64,000 nt of DNA from an uncultured cyanobacterium (GCA_963718615.1 OY970368.1:3392001-3456000), one strand, 5' to 3'. Counted from the stretch's first letter, positions 49,563-61,087 are shown. A program made the numbers and translations. Notes: generated from the letters alone by a model not told the origin.

Positions 49563-50603
49563 TTACCGCTGATAAAGTCCTAGGACTTGTTCCAAAGGCA
49601 GCCGAGACTGGACCCCAAGCGTCAGTGCTGAGGTGCGGCCTCTGCTCAGGTGTTCGCTGGCGGCACAGGCGATCATCGCTGCATTGTCCGTGCAAAACTT
49701 CATCGGTGGAAACAGCACCTGAATGCCTAGGGGAATGGCGGCTTGGGTGAGCTGAGCTCGCAATCCTCGATTCGCCGCGACCCCTCCCCCAACGGCGATT
49801 GTCTTGAGGCCAAAATCCTGGGCGCAGGCGATCGCCCGCTTCGTCAAGGCCCGCGCCACCGTGGCTTGAAAGCTTGCCGATAGATCGGCCACGGGCAGCT
49901 CGCCCGCCGCTCGCAGCTTCTCTGTTAGCCGCAGCATCGCTGTTTTGAGGCCACTAAAGCTGGAATCGTAGGGATGATAACCTCCGCTGGGCAGAGAAAT
50001 TTTGCCTTCCGGCAGGGCAAACGCCGCGCTATTCCCCTCCTGGGCCCATTGATCAATCACCGGGCCACCAGGATACCCCAAGCCCAAAAGCCGAGCCACC
50101 TTATCAAACGCTTCACCCGCCGCATCATCACGGGTTTGGCCAAGGGTTTCATAGTGGCCACAATCTTTCACATAGATCAAACTGGTGTGGCCACCCGACA
50201 CCAGCAAACATAGAAATGGGGGCTGGAGTTGAGGCTGGTCCAAATAGGTCGCGCAGATATGTCCCTCTAGGTGATGAATTCCTAAAAACGGCTTGTCATA
50301 GAGCATCGCTAGGGTTTTACCTGCCATGGCACCCACCAGCAACGCGCCGACCAGCCCTGGAGCCACCGTTGCGGCAATGCCATCCAGGTCAGCCCAGGTG
50401 AGTCCCGACTCGGTGAGGGCTTGGGCGATCGCCGGATTGACCATTTCCAAATGTTGCCGAGACGCCAACTCCGGCACCACCCCCCCGTAGGTTCGGTGCA
50501 GCTCTATTTGAGAACTGACGATACTGCTTAAAACTTGACGATTTTTAACAATCGCCACGGCGGTTTCGTCACAACTTGTTTCGATCGCGAGAACTGCTGT
50601 CAT
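49563..50603 (-). CDS. tsaD: tRNA N6-adenosine threonylcarbamoyltransferase
   Basis: [48 protein letters not shown]. Confidence 0.98.
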   Translation of the reverse strand: MTAVLAIETSCDETAVAIVKNRQVLSSIVSSQIELHRTYGGVVPELASRQHLEMVNPAIAQALTESGLTWADLDGIAATVAPGLVGALLVGAMAGKTLAMLYDKPFLGIHHLEGHICATYLDQPQLQPPFLCLLVSGGHTSLIYVKDCGHYETLGQTRDDAAGEAFDKVARLLGLGYPGGPVIDQWAQEGNSAAFALPEGKISLPSGGYHPYDSSFSGLKTAMLRLTEKLRAAGELPVADLSASFQATVARALTKRAIACAQDFGLKTIAVGGGVAANRGLRAQLTQAAIPLGIQVLFPPMKFCTDNAAMIACAASEHLSRGRTSALTLGVQSRLPLEQVLGLYQR

Positions 50604-50845
50604 GAGGCTGATACCGTTGATGGAGGCTAGGCAGAAATGTGTAGAACCTTAAACCCGTCGTAAAGAATTAGGTACTGTTCTGGGAACCTAGAGAATAGGT
50701 CTATGACTTAATATTCTAGGGTCCTTCATTTTAGGAAATGGCGTGCCTATCTGATTTTCTGGGTTTACCGGTGGAGCTTACTCTCTGCTTGTAGGCCAGC
50801 ACGCTCCCTATAGAACACTGCTTGAAATAACAAGGAAAAGTTTCC

Positions 50846-51325
50846 ATGAGACGATTGTTTGCGTTGGTGCTAGCAGTTTGTCTGTGGTTTAGTTTTGCGC
50901 CAACGGCTTCTGCCGATGTCGCGGGACTAACCCCCTGCAGCGAATCCCCTCGCTTTGTTGAGCGCGCTAAAGCGGCCACCACAGACCAGGCTAAGGCCCG
51001 GTTCGAACGCTACTCCCAGGCTGTTTGTGGTGAAGAAGGTCTGCCCCACCTGATCGTGGATGGCCGTCTGAGCCATGCAGGCGACTTTACTATTCCCGCC
51101 GTGATGTTCCTGTATATTGCAGGCTGCATTGGCTGGGCAGGTCGCTTGTACATTATCGGTTCCCGCTCCAAGAAGGATCCGGCGATGGAGGAGATCATTA
51201 TTGATATTCCTCGCGCCATTGGCTGCTTCGCGGGTGCGGCCCTTTGGCCTTTGGCTGCCTTTGGTGAGTTTGCGAGTGGCAAATTGCTAGCGAAGGAAAG
51301 CGAAATTACGGTTTCCCCCCGCTAA
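50846..51325 (+). CDS. psaF: Photosystem I subunit III
   Basis: [44 protein letters not shown]. Confidence 0.98.
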   Translation: MRRLFALVLAVCLWFSFAPTASADVAGLTPCSESPRFVERAKAATTDQAKARFERYSQAVCGEEGLPHLIVDGRLSHAGDFTIPAVMFLYIAGCIGWAGRLYIIGSRSKKDPAMEEIIIDIPRAIGCFAGAALWPLAAFGEFASGKLLAKESEITVSPR

Positions 51326-51410
51326 TTTCCCCCCGCGAATCTCCCTTTGCATGTCCTAAATTCTCATTTGGACGATTTGATTTCATTTTAGAAATTGGAG
51401 CTGATCCGCT

Positions 51411-51527
51411 ATGATGCGATACCTGTCGACCGCCCCGGTGGTCCTCACCCTTTGGTTATTTATGACCGCTGGCATTGTGATTGAATTCAATCGCTTTTTC
51501 CCTGACTTACTCTTCCACCCGATGTAG
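51411..51527 (+). CDS. psaJ: Photosystem I subunit IX (absent from the ORF track)
   Basis: Manual translation [38 protein letters not shown]; GGAG upstream; follows psaF. Confidence 0.97.
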   Translation: MMRYLSTAPVVLTLWLFMTAGIVIEFNRFFPDLLFHPM

Positions 51528-51548
51528 GTCTTGGGGTCGTAAAGCTTA

Positions 51549-51577
51549 AAAAGGGAGCCCTTTACGGGCTCCCTTTT
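51549..51577. terminator. Bidirectional intrinsic terminator between psaJ and gmk
   Basis: AAAAGGGAGCCC-TTTAC-GGGCTCCCTTTT. Confidence 0.85.
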
Positions 51578-51641
51578 AGGTTGTTATTAGGGGTGAAATG
51601 AGTGGGGATGAAATGATTGGGAAGGAAATGAAATTTGGAAG

Positions 51642-52211
51642 TTAGACCGCTGCGGCAAACAGGGCGGATTCTAGGCGTCGCAGGGCATCTTGCAGATTGT
51701 CGTTGACGATTTGAATATCAAACTCATCCGCTGCATTGACCTCAATGCGAGCCCGCTGGAGTCGACGGGCGATCGCCGCCTCTGGATCCTGGCCCCGTTT
51801 CCGAATTCGGTCTTCGAGTTCCTCCAAGGAGGGGGGCATGACAAAAATCTGTAGTGCTTCTGGGAACGTTTGCCGCACCTGTCGCGCCCCTTCCAGCTCG
51901 ATTTCGAGAATGACGAGCTTGCCGTCTCGAACCTTCTGCAACACGGCTTCCCGAGGGGTTCCGTAGAGATTTCCGGCGAACTCAGCCCATTCCAAAAACT
52001 CCCCTTGGTTCACCAAGGACAGAAACTTTTCTCGGCCCATGAAGTAATAGTCCTGACCATCGATTTCCCCTAGACGAGGCGATCGCGTGGTCGCTGAAAT
52101 TGACAGATGTAGATCAGGATGTTGCGGGAGGAGCGATCGCAGCAAGGTTCCCTTGCCTACACCACTGGGTCCCGTAAACACGATCACTTGTCCTAAGCCC
52201 ATAAGCGACAC
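51642..52211 (-). CDS. gmk: Guanylate kinase
   Basis: [29 protein letters not shown]. Confidence 0.98.
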   Translation of the reverse strand: MSLMGLGQVIVFTGPSGVGKGTLLRSLLPQHPDLHLSISATTRSPRLGEIDGQDYYFMGREKFLSLVNQGEFLEWAEFAGNLYGTPREAVLQKVRDGKLVILEIELEGARQVRQTFPEALQIFVMPPSLEELEDRIRKRGQDPEAAIARRLQRARIEVNAADEFDIQIVNDNLQDALRRLESALFAAAV

Positions 52212-52369
52212 TCACACGATAACTCGGGTTTTCATGGTCCAATGCGGAGGAACAATTGACAAGCGGTCCTGTGACCAGCAGTCCTGTAACCAGTGTTCCT
52301 GACTCCCTGAGAAGCCTAGTGTTGAAACCTAGTTATAAAACCTAGTTATCTTGACAATAGCGCCGCAGG

Positions 52370-52651
52370 CTAGTGAGTAACAACCTTAGAATTGCTATCT
52401 ATTCCATCTTTGTTCAGTACAAAACGATTCGCCACCGTTTCCGGCTGAATGGCGGAAAGAATGGCGTGACCTGAGTCCATCACAATGACTGCCCTCGTTC
52501 GACGACCATAGGTCGCATCAATGAGCTGACCCCGCTCCCGTGCATCGCTGATGATACGCTTAATTGGAGCTGACTCAGGACTCACAATCGCAATGACCCG
52601 GTTAGCGGACACGATATTGCCAAAGCCGATATTTATGAGTCTAATGTCCAT
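52370..52651 (-). CDS. remA: RemA/DUF370 family protein
   Basis: [39 protein letters not shown]. Confidence 0.95.
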   Translation of the reverse strand: MDIRLINIGFGNIVSANRVIAIVSPESAPIKRIISDARERGQLIDATYGRRTRAVIVMDSGHAILSAIQPETVANRFVLNKDGIDSNSKVVTH

Positions 52652-52911
52652 AGGTCTGAGATTCATCCATAGCGTATAATGCCACCAAAGAATCTTTAGA
52701 AAAACTTATATTTATCCTATCCAGCCGTATCCCCATCCCATCGCGACCGCAGGTATTGGTATTGATTCTTTGAAAATCTTTACAAAGCCGCAGATTTCAA
52801 CATCCTAATCAGCGCAGTTAATCACAAAAAATTATGTTTTCATCGATTCTTGACTATTTTTGGCGTCTTCTCGCCTAATCGTGCTGTTATCCTTTCTTAA
52901 CAAATTAGCCT

Positions 52912-54663
52912 GTGCAACCCTTTGATTTCACCACTCAATCTGCTGTTTGTGCTGATTTGTATCAGGCTTGGCTGCCAGCTCGGTTGGAATCTGTATATCA
53001 GCGCGATCGCCACACCCTCTATCTTGCTCTGCGCACGCTCCAGGGACGCGGCTGGCTGGTGATTTCCTGGCATCCCCAGGCGGCCCGGATTCACATGGGG
53101 GCTCCACCGCCCCGTGACCCGGATACGTTTACGTTTAGTCAGCAAATTCAGTCTCAGCTCAAGGGCTTGGCGCTGAGTGCGATCCAGCCGCTTACCCCCT
53201 GGGAGCGGGCGTTGGATTTACAGTTTGCGCGGCGTCCAGGGGAGGCGGTACTTTGGCATCTTTATGTGGAGATCATGGGTAAATACAGCAATGTCTTGCT
53301 GGTGAATGAAGACCATCGGGTGGTAACGGCGGCCCAGCAGGTCAATGCCCAGCAGTCGCGGGTGCGGCAAATCCAAACGGGCCAGGTCTATGAGCCGCCG
53401 CCTGGGCTCCGGGATGCGATTCCATCAGTGCAGGAAACCCAGGCCCGTTGGCAGGAACGGGTGGCGCTGGTGCCGGGACCGATCGCTAAGAATTTAATCC
53501 AGGTCTATCGCGGTGTGAGTTCGGCCTTGGCTCTGTCATTGGTCCAGGCGGCGGGGCTGGATCCCCAGGAGAATAGCGATCGCCTCACCACCTCTCAATG
53601 GCAGGCCCTGTTTGAGCAATGGCAGTTTTGGCTGCGATCCTTAGAAACCGAAATGTTTCAGCCCGGTTGGACGGCCTCGGGGTATACGGTGCTGGGCTTG
53701 GGGCAGGTTGAAGCAGCGGCGGATGTGCAGGTGATGTTGGATCGGTATTATGGGGGGGCACGCGATCGCCAACAGTTTGACCAAATTCGTCACCAGATTG
53801 CCCAGAAGTTGATGAATGGGCTAGGTAAGCTGCGGCAAAAGGCCAGCGGTTTTGCCCTGAGGCTTCAGCAGTCCGATGGGGCGGACCAGTATCGGGCTCA
53901 GGCCGATTTGCTTATGGCCCATTTGCATGAATGGACACCGGGGTTGAAGGTTTTAAACCTGGCGGACTTTGAAACGGGGCAGCCGGTAAAAATTGCCCTC
54001 AATCCTGAGAAAAGTGCAGTCCAAAATGCCCAAGCACTGTATAAGCAGCACCAGAAACTGAAACGAGCTCGCGCGGCGGTGGAGCCCTTGCTAGTAGCGG
54101 TGAATCAGGAAATTCGCTATCTCGAACAGGTGGAGACCAGTCTGGCGGAGCTGAGCCAGTTCCGGGACCCGAGCGATTTGTTGGCGTTGCTGGAAATTCG
54201 TGATGAGTTGGTTCAGCAGGGCTATTTGCCTGATCCCGAGGGGCGGCTGCGTCGAGGGGCGGAAGAGTCGAAAATTGATTTTTATCAGTATCGATCGCCC
54301 CAAGGGGTAATGCTGCTGGTGGGTCGCAACAATCGCCAAAATGACCAGCTCACGTTTCGCCAAGCCACGGATTACGATCTCTGGTTCCACACCCAGGAAA
54401 TTCCGGGGAGTCATGGACTGCTGCGGCTAGAGCCAGGTTCAGTGGCAGATGAAACAGAGTTGCAATGGGCGGCGGATATTGTGGCCTATCACAGTCGGGC
54501 ACGGGAAAGCGAACAGGCTCCAGTGGTCTATACGGAGCCGGCTAATGTCTATAAACCGAAAGGAGCCCAGCCGGGGATGGTGATTTATAAAAAAGAACGG
54601 GTCATTTGGGGCAATCCGCAGCGGGGAAAAGAGTTGATTTTGCGGAGTCGTTCTCTAGAATAA
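52912..54663 (+). CDS. rqcH: RqcH/NFACT (FbpA) ribosome quality control protein
   Basis: PFDF, EIMGKYSN, NAQ..YK...KLKR, VGRNNRQND, WFH...PGSH, KPKGA.PG.V. Confidence 0.93.
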   Translation: MQPFDFTTQSAVCADLYQAWLPARLESVYQRDRHTLYLALRTLQGRGWLVISWHPQAARIHMGAPPPRDPDTFTFSQQIQSQLKGLALSAIQPLTPWERALDLQFARRPGEAVLWHLYVEIMGKYSNVLLVNEDHRVVTAAQQVNAQQSRVRQIQTGQVYEPPPGLRDAIPSVQETQARWQERVALVPGPIAKNLIQVYRGVSSALALSLVQAAGLDPQENSDRLTTSQWQALFEQWQFWLRSLETEMFQPGWTASGYTVLGLGQVEAAADVQVMLDRYYGGARDRQQFDQIRHQIAQKLMNGLGKLRQKASGFALRLQQSDGADQYRAQADLLMAHLHEWTPGLKVLNLADFETGQPVKIALNPEKSAVQNAQALYKQHQKLKRARAAVEPLLVAVNQEIRYLEQVETSLAELSQFRDPSDLLALLEIRDELVQQGYLPDPEGRLRRGAEESKIDFYQYRSPQGVMLLVGRNNRQNDQLTFRQATDYDLWFHTQEIPGSHGLLRLEPGSVADETELQWAADIVAYHSRARESEQAPVVYTEPANVYKPKGAQPGMVIYKKERVIWGNPQRGKELILRSRSLE

Positions 54664-54697
54664 ATTGCCTGAGGACATGTCTGATGATTCCAAAACA

Positions 54698-55552
54698 TCA
54701 TTCCAAAACATCCTGATTTTTAGTCCGCACCCGATTGTAAAACTCTTCCATCGCTTCAATAAAGGAATTCTCGCGGCTCCAAAAGGCGGGAAAATCTCCC
54801 TGTTTTTTGATTAAAATCCCAGGGACAATAGCACTACTTCCCGATACTAGGGGAGCCTTGAATCGTTTCTCCCCCTGCCAAAAGCTGCGCAAACTGATGG
54901 CTTCTGATGTGGATGCGGGAGGATGAACTTGAGGGCGGGTAAACAAGGCTTCAACGGGTTCCGCAAGGGTTTGGGTCATGCCCATTTCTTGGGTTAGGGC
55001 TTGACCTAAAGGCGATTTAGCGAGCTCTTCTTTCAGTTCATCCCGCGATAGTCCCCGGAGTTCAAACAGTAAAAATGGATCGCGATCGAGTTCCTGGGCC
55101 ACCCGATAGTACACTCCAGCCACATGCTTACAAGGATTGCTATAGTCCGGACAAGTGCAGCTCGTAATACAGTCTTGTCGTCCCCGAGGCAAAAGATTGA
55201 GTCCTAGTTGGATAAAGCTTTCTTCAATGTCGTCTGGAATCTCATTCATCATCAGCTTGGAAATCGTGCCCGCCTGCAGGGCAATATGCGCAATGATGGC
55301 ATTCCAGCGCGATCGACTAATGGGCTGAAATTCGATTGTGGTCGTATAGGTCGGTTCTTCATACACGCCATAATAGGGATTTTTGTTGCCCCTAACCCGT
55401 GCAAAAACCAGACCATCCCGTTCTATTTCGAATTCCTTCAATCGATAATTGCTAGAGTAGGCTCGCCCTCGGGCCAAACGTCCTGCATCGGTGAAGCTTT
55501 CTAGGGCTTCTAAAAATTGCTTTTCCCACCAAGTCCGAATTTTTGTAGCCAT
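54698..55552 (-). CDS. SWIM zinc finger protein
   Basis: TWW, GRLARGRAY, CTCPDYSNPCKH, DPFLLFELRG. Confidence 0.92.
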   Translation of the reverse strand: MATKIRTWWEKQFLEALESFTDAGRLARGRAYSSNYRLKEFEIERDGLVFARVRGNKNPYYGVYEEPTYTTTIEFQPISRSRWNAIIAHIALQAGTISKLMMNEIPDDIEESFIQLGLNLLPRGRQDCITSCTCPDYSNPCKHVAGVYYRVAQELDRDPFLLFELRGLSRDELKEELAKSPLGQALTQEMGMTQTLAEPVEALFTRPQVHPPASTSEAISLRSFWQGEKRFKAPLVSGSSAIVPGILIKKQGDFPAFWSRENSFIEAMEEFYNRVRTKNQDVLE

Positions 55553-55633
55553 GGTCGTTTTCCAATTATTTTGATGATTATTTTGATGATTATCTTGATT
55601 GATTAGCTGAATTGATTATCTAAATTAATTTCT

Positions 55634-58600
55634 CTAATCCAAAACTGCATTTTTATTCAGAATGATCAACCGTTTGAGGGCCTCATTGTCTAATTCTGTT
55701 AACCAAGACTCATCATTCCCCACAACGACGCCTGCTAGTTTCTTCTTGTCTTCGATCATTTGATCGATACGTTCTTCTAGCGTGCCGATCGCCACAAATT
55801 TATGCACAAAAACATTCTTCTTTTGACCAATGCGGAAAGCTCGATCCGTTGCCTGATCCTCCACCGCCGGGTTCCACCAGCGATCGAAATGAAAGACATG
55901 GTTTGCCTTGGTCAGGGTAATCCCAACCCCCCCTGCTTTGAGCGATAAGACAAAAATGGAAGGTTCAGTCTCTGGATTTTGGAACTCCGCTATCATCTGC
56001 TCCCGCTTGTCACGATTTACACCCCCATGGATATAGTAGGTGTTGTAATGACCGCTATGGCGGAAATGATGTTCTAGGGCATCGCCCATTTCACGAAACT
56101 GGGTGAAGATTAAGAGGCTTTCGCCCTCTTCCATCACCTCATCAATCATTTCCGTTAGACGTTGGAACTTGTGCGATCGCTCCACCCCAAATTCACTACC
56201 ATCATGTAAAAACTGGGCTGGATGATTACAAATTTGTTTGAGCTTGGTCAAAGTGGCCAGAATTAAACCTTTGCGTTTGATGCCGTCATCTAGGTTATTT
56301 AAGCTGCCTTCCAGTTCTTTAACAGTGGCTTCGTAGAGGGATGCCTGTTCCTGGGTGAGATGGCAAAAGACCTTTTGCTCGACCTTGTCAGGTAAATCTT
56401 TGATGATGGTTGGATCGGTTTTAACGCGACGCAGAATAAAGGGTTCAACGAGTTGTTTGAGCGTCGCTGATTTGATCGGATCGTTATAGCGCTGGACTGG
56501 CCGTTCAAAGTTGCGGCGAAACTGATTTTCTTTGCCCAAATAACCAGGATTGAGAAAATTGAAAATGGACCACAGATCTAGGAGTCGGTTTTCCACTGGC
56601 GTGCCGGTTAAAGCTAAACGATGTTGGGCTTGGAGTTTTAGAATCGCTTTGGTTTGCGCCGCCTGCGGATTTTTGATGTTTTGAGCTTCGTCTAGAACAA
56701 TGCGTTGCCAGATTGCAGATTGAAAAAACTTGGCGTCTTTTCTGGCCAGGGTAAACGAGGTGATCACGACATCCATCGATTGGCAAGCGCTTTGAAATTC
56801 CTTGGCGTCCTGAAGGCGATCGCCCCCATGGTGAATCATCGCCCGCAGTTGCGGCGCAAACTTCTTGATTTCCCGCAGCCAGTTGCCCACAACAGAGGTG
56901 GGTGCGATCAGCAGCGTTGGCGCAATTTCCGCCTTGGCCTGCTCTCGCTCCTGTACCAGTCGAGCAATGACCTGCACGGTTTTACCCAAGCCCATATCAT
57001 CTGCCAAACAACCATTGAATCCCAATTGTTCTAGATAGTTGAGCCAGGCAACACCCCGCTTTTGGTAGTCCCGTAGATTACCTTCAAACTGATCCGGATC
57101 TTCAATTAATTCCATCTGACTGCTGTCGTGGAGTTTGCTCAGCATCTCTTGCAGCTTGCGATCGCGCGAGACATCCACTTCAATATCATCTCCCGCCTCC
57201 GCTGTCAGTTTCATAAAATCCATCAAACTCATGGCGGGATGCTTTTTTTGATGCTCCTGCCAAAAGTTCAACATCTCCTGCATTTTGTTAGGATCGAGCT
57301 GCATCCACTGCCCCCGAAAATGTACCAGCGGAGCCTTAGCGTTGACCAGTTGATTCCATTCTGCTTGGCTCACCGGCTCACCACCGATCGAAAGCTCATA
57401 CTGATAGCTAATCAGCTTATCGACTGAAAAATAGCTTTTCGCCCCTTGTCCTGCTTTTGCGGATTGTCCCTGGGCACGGAGTTTAATCTTGGCCCGTCGC
57501 CGTCCTTCTGGGGTCCACCAAGCAGGAACAATCACTTTATAGCCTGCATCTTCCAGGACCCACGCGGCCTCTTGCAAAAACTCGAAGGCTGTTGTTAAAT
57601 CCAGTGGAATTCCGTGGGGCTGATCAGTTTTGAGGGCTTCCCAAACTTTGGGATAGATTCGAGCTGCATAGCCCAAATTGAGCAAAAGATGTTGTTCAAA
57701 CGCCTCACCAAACTGTTGCCGCATGGCTTTTTGCTGATTTTTGCGTAATCGCCAATAATCGAACAATGTCAACTTTAAGGAGGGATCGGATTTGGGGGCT
57801 ACCTGAAAAATCAGCTGCCAGGGAGATTCCGCTTGAGCGGGTTCTTGCAAGACAAAATAGAGCCAAAAAGGTAGGTTGGTTTGGGTGCGGGTGATGCGAT
57901 CGCGCCAAGCCTGCCACTGTTGATAGGTTTCGAGCTTTTCAGGGGAGACATTGGCCAGAAGGGGAGATTTGGGAGAACGACATTGTTCAATTAAAGAGCC
58001 TTCGATCTTTTTCTGAAAACTGATGGGAAGTTCCGTTGAGGTGACCAAGTGGCTGAGCAGATATTCCGAAAAATGGCGTAACAGGGTTTCGCCGTCGTAC
58101 AGTTGAGGGGTTGCAGGACGGTCTGAAAATCCTGCCCCACAAATTCGGGGCATGGCGGCGATCGCCTGTTCTAAAGCCTCATCGTACTGACGACTCACGA
58201 TTTCCCAGGTGGGATAAATCTCGAACTTGCCTTGGCTAGACTTACCTTGGCTAGACTTGCCTTTCAGTTTGCGGTATTTCAGCGCTGGAATATATTGATC
58301 TTTGAGAATAACGGTTTTGAAGCTTTGACTATAGTTAAGCCAAAATAGCAGGTCTGCCCCTAACTGAATTTCTGCCAGTTGATGCTGTGCAATAAAATGG
58401 AGTTCGGGCAAGAGTTGAAATAAATAGGCGAGGCGATCGCGATAGTCTTTGCTCCCTTTGGCATAGGTCCCCACCTGATAACAATCAATTCGCCAATATT
58501 GCCAATCAAAGGTGTCAGGCAGTTCGGCTTCGAGATAGCGCGATAATTCGAGAGAGGGCAGTGGTACCTTTTCCGCACTAGGTAACAGGAAAAAACGGCT

Positions 58601-58813
58601 GACGATGAAATCCTTAAGCTGGCGATGGGGTGAAACGCGAAACCCCAGGTCTTGGCTCAAACAATCAGCCAGATCGGCCTGGGGTAAATGGCGGGGATGC
58701 CGATCGTCTTTCCAACGGCGTGGCTGATCGGTTTCAACCCAGAGATAAAATCCCCCACCCTGGTGGAAATCATTGGTAAAATCTGGAATCCAAGTACCGT
58801 GAAGAATCTTCAT
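55634..58813 (-). CDS. SNF2-family (DEAD/DEAH-like) helicase/ATPase
   Basis: MKILHGTW start, LRDYQ, LADDMGLGKT, LDEAQNIKN, TGTPVEN, SLKAGGVG, WWNPAVEDQATDR. Confidence 0.95.
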   Translation of the reverse strand: MKILHGTWIPDFTNDFHQGGGFYLWVETDQPRRWKDDRHPRHLPQADLADCLSQDLGFRVSPHRQLKDFIVSRFFLLPSAEKVPLPSLELSRYLEAELPDTFDWQYWRIDCYQVGTYAKGSKDYRDRLAYLFQLLPELHFIAQHQLAEIQLGADLLFWLNYSQSFKTVILKDQYIPALKYRKLKGKSSQGKSSQGKFEIYPTWEIVSRQYDEALEQAIAAMPRICGAGFSDRPATPQLYDGETLLRHFSEYLLSHLVTSTELPISFQKKIEGSLIEQCRSPKSPLLANVSPEKLETYQQWQAWRDRITRTQTNLPFWLYFVLQEPAQAESPWQLIFQVAPKSDPSLKLTLFDYWRLRKNQQKAMRQQFGEAFEQHLLLNLGYAARIYPKVWEALKTDQPHGIPLDLTTAFEFLQEAAWVLEDAGYKVIVPAWWTPEGRRRAKIKLRAQGQSAKAGQGAKSYFSVDKLISYQYELSIGGEPVSQAEWNQLVNAKAPLVHFRGQWMQLDPNKMQEMLNFWQEHQKKHPAMSLMDFMKLTAEAGDDIEVDVSRDRKLQEMLSKLHDSSQMELIEDPDQFEGNLRDYQKRGVAWLNYLEQLGFNGCLADDMGLGKTVQVIARLVQEREQAKAEIAPTLLIAPTSVVGNWLREIKKFAPQLRAMIHHGGDRLQDAKEFQSACQSMDVVITSFTLARKDAKFFQSAIWQRIVLDEAQNIKNPQAAQTKAILKLQAQHRLALTGTPVENRLLDLWSIFNFLNPGYLGKENQFRRNFERPVQRYNDPIKSATLKQLVEPFILRRVKTDPTIIKDLPDKVEQKVFCHLTQEQASLYEATVKELEGSLNNLDDGIKRKGLILATLTKLKQICNHPAQFLHDGSEFGVERSHKFQRLTEMIDEVMEEGESLLIFTQFREMGDALEHHFRHSGHYNTYYIHGGVNRDKREQMIAEFQNPETEPSIFVLSLKAGGVGITLTKANHVFHFDRWWNPAVEDQATDRAFRIGQKKNVFVHKFVAIGTLEERIDQMIEDKKKLAGVVVGNDESWLTELDNEALKRLIILNKNAVLD

Positions 58814-58878
58814 GCATACTGCCACATCTCTTGCTATGACTGTAGCAGACCTCTGTTGATCAGCAAGGGAATGGATAT

Positions 58879-60600
58879 ATGCCGCAATACTGCCAAGGAC
58901 CCCAACGACTCCAGTCACCTCGATGGCGGTGGAGTCTAGGTTTAGGGCTCGGGTTGAGCCTAGGGGTTGGGATTTGGGGCTGTCAACGCTCGATGCCTGC
59001 GCCTGTATCGTCATCGGTTCCAGGCTCGCCTGTATCGTCTGTATCGCCGGACTGCGGTAGCCCTAGCGGGGGTCCTCGCCAAAACCCGGTGGCTCAACGG
59101 TATCCCCAGGAGATTCCAGGGGCGTTGGCCTGGACCCAAACCCTTCCCTGGGGCTGTGTCTACAACATTGAGGATTTTGAGGGTAAAACCGATGGCGATC
59201 GCTATCAAGCGGCGAAAACTGCGGCGATCGCCCAAGGCGGTGGTGTCATTTACTTCCCCGCAGGGGTCTATCAATTCACGGAAGATTTGGTTTTGGCCCA
59301 GGGCATTGTTCTGCGGGGAGAAGCCTCGCGACAGCCGGATGCCAAAGCAGCAGCCTACAAACCGTTAACGGAATTTCAGTTTCCTCGCTATGAGCCCAGT
59401 GCCACGGGAACCGGGACCGCCAACACCACGGCGTTTAAAAAAATTCGCACCGAGTCGCCAGATACAGATAGCAATCTCGGCTTAGTTGACTTGGACATTA
59501 ATCGCGCGGGAATTGAGTGGGTGGCCGATGCAGACCGGGGGACCAATCGCAATTTGCTAGTCTTGGGTATTCGCAGTAACAATGTTGCTGAGCCTGACCC
59601 TAAGGTTCCGGATTTGAGCTTTCAACCGGCGAGTTTGCGATACAGCTATCGCTTTGCCGCCAATGTGCGGCTTCAAGCGACGGGTCAGATTTTGGTCGCA
59701 AATAATCGTCTCAATGATGCCATTACCGATAGCTACGACCAACCGGGATATGTGGTTAAGGCCTTGAAGGGAGATGGAACTGTGACTTATCGCGACGGCG
59801 ATCGCGTGCCCTTTGATTATGGCAATCACTATGGCATTGTGGTCAACCGATCGAAGGCCGGTGGCTTTCGGTATGCTAGTGAACCTGCTCAAGAACCCAG
59901 TCTATTTCGCCCTGGCATTGTGATTTTAGACAACTGGGTTTACCACACAATGCGAGTAGGCATTCAAGCCTCTGGCCAGGGTCTGCGGATTCAAGGCAAT
60001 GTGATTCAAGACCAGCCCGACAAACAAACCTGGACAGACCCAACGGGACTCAAACAGCCCCAGGGTTCAGTCACCTTGGAAAATCGGGCGATCGACTGGT
60101 CGGGTCATGAGGTTGTGATTGCCAATAATCTCTACGAAGTCTATCGCCACAAAATCATGGATACGCCCTATTTTAGCGTTGATGGCGAAGGGATTCTGAT
60201 TCAAGAATGCTGCGGTGGCACCAGTGTCCAGGGTCTAAAACTCCTGCGCAATCGAGGGAATGGCTACATTGGCCTTTATAAAGTGCCCCAAATTCAGAAC
60301 GTTCAAATTCGAGAGAATAGGGTTGAGGCTGACGGTGAAGCCTTGTTTGTCAGTGCAGATACGAATCATCAACCGGGTCGATTGGAGCAAGTGGCGATCG
60401 AACACAATCGTTTCCAGGGTGACATTCGAGTCATCGGCAGTGCAGGGGGGCAAGAAAATACGGTTGACCAAAACCAAGGCAGCGGTACCATCCGTTCCAC
60501 CTGCAACGTCGAGGTTGGGGAGAATCCAGGGTTTGCGATCGAGCCTTGCAAAACCAATGCACCCAATTCAAACAACACAAATGGTTCTAACGATTCCTAG
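58879..60600 (+). CDS. Lipoprotein with pectin-lyase-like beta-helix fold
   Basis: Lipobox-like IWG-C; VYNIEDF..AIAQGGGVIYFPAGVY..LRGE (pectate lyase 3-type start); repeated I..N stacks. Confidence 0.7.
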   Translation: MPQYCQGPQRLQSPRWRWSLGLGLGLSLGVGIWGCQRSMPAPVSSSVPGSPVSSVSPDCGSPSGGPRQNPVAQRYPQEIPGALAWTQTLPWGCVYNIEDFEGKTDGDRYQAAKTAAIAQGGGVIYFPAGVYQFTEDLVLAQGIVLRGEASRQPDAKAAAYKPLTEFQFPRYEPSATGTGTANTTAFKKIRTESPDTDSNLGLVDLDINRAGIEWVADADRGTNRNLLVLGIRSNNVAEPDPKVPDLSFQPASLRYSYRFAANVRLQATGQILVANNRLNDAITDSYDQPGYVVKALKGDGTVTYRDGDRVPFDYGNHYGIVVNRSKAGGFRYASEPAQEPSLFRPGIVILDNWVYHTMRVGIQASGQGLRIQGNVIQDQPDKQTWTDPTGLKQPQGSVTLENRAIDWSGHEVVIANNLYEVYRHKIMDTPYFSVDGEGILIQECCGGTSVQGLKLLRNRGNGYIGLYKVPQIQNVQIRENRVEADGEALFVSADTNHQPGRLEQVAIEHNRFQGDIRVIGSAGGQENTVDQNQGSGTIRSTCNVEVGENPGFAIEPCKTNAPNSNNTNGSNDS

Positions 60601-60604
60601 AAAG

Positions 60605-60995
60605 CTAAGCCTTTTTGGTGTAGCTCAACCCACTGGCAAACTCTTCACTATAGGCTTCTTCTCCATGCTCACTGATATCCAAGCCTTCGTTCTCTGCTTG
60701 GGGGCTAACTCGTAAATCCATCACTAAACTGAGGCCCTTAATGATGATAAAAGTTCCCACCGCTGCAAAGATATAGGTTGCTACGACGCCCACAAACTGT
60801 TCCCATAGCTGGGCAGGATTGCCAAACAAAAGGCCGTTGTCTCCAAACTCATTGATGGCCTTTTGAGCAAAGACTCCTGTTAATAGAGCACCGATAGTTC
60901 CGCCCAAGCCATGCACAGGAAAGGTATCCAACGAGTCATCGAAGACTAGTTTTACCCGCAGACTGACTGCATAGAAGCAGCATACTGACGTGGTT
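60605..60995 (-). pseudogene. amt: 3' remnant of an ammonium transporter gene
   Basis: CFYAVSL..DDSLDTFPVHGLGG..GLLFGN..LRVS...E.EGLDISEHGEEAY; in-frame TAG at 61016-61018 and no ATG, so most of the gene is missing. Confidence 0.88.
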
Positions 60996-61087
60996 GTGTT
61001 CGAAACGAGACAACCCTACAGGGGATGTTCAGGCATCAATTTTGTATAGCTAACCTTACCAAAGACAACAAAACACCCCTTGATTTT

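Noticed and set aside
58814-59014. N-terminal extension of the SNF2 ORF in the track
   Set aside because: Overlaps the divergent lipoprotein gene; the family-typical start is MKILHGTW at 58813.
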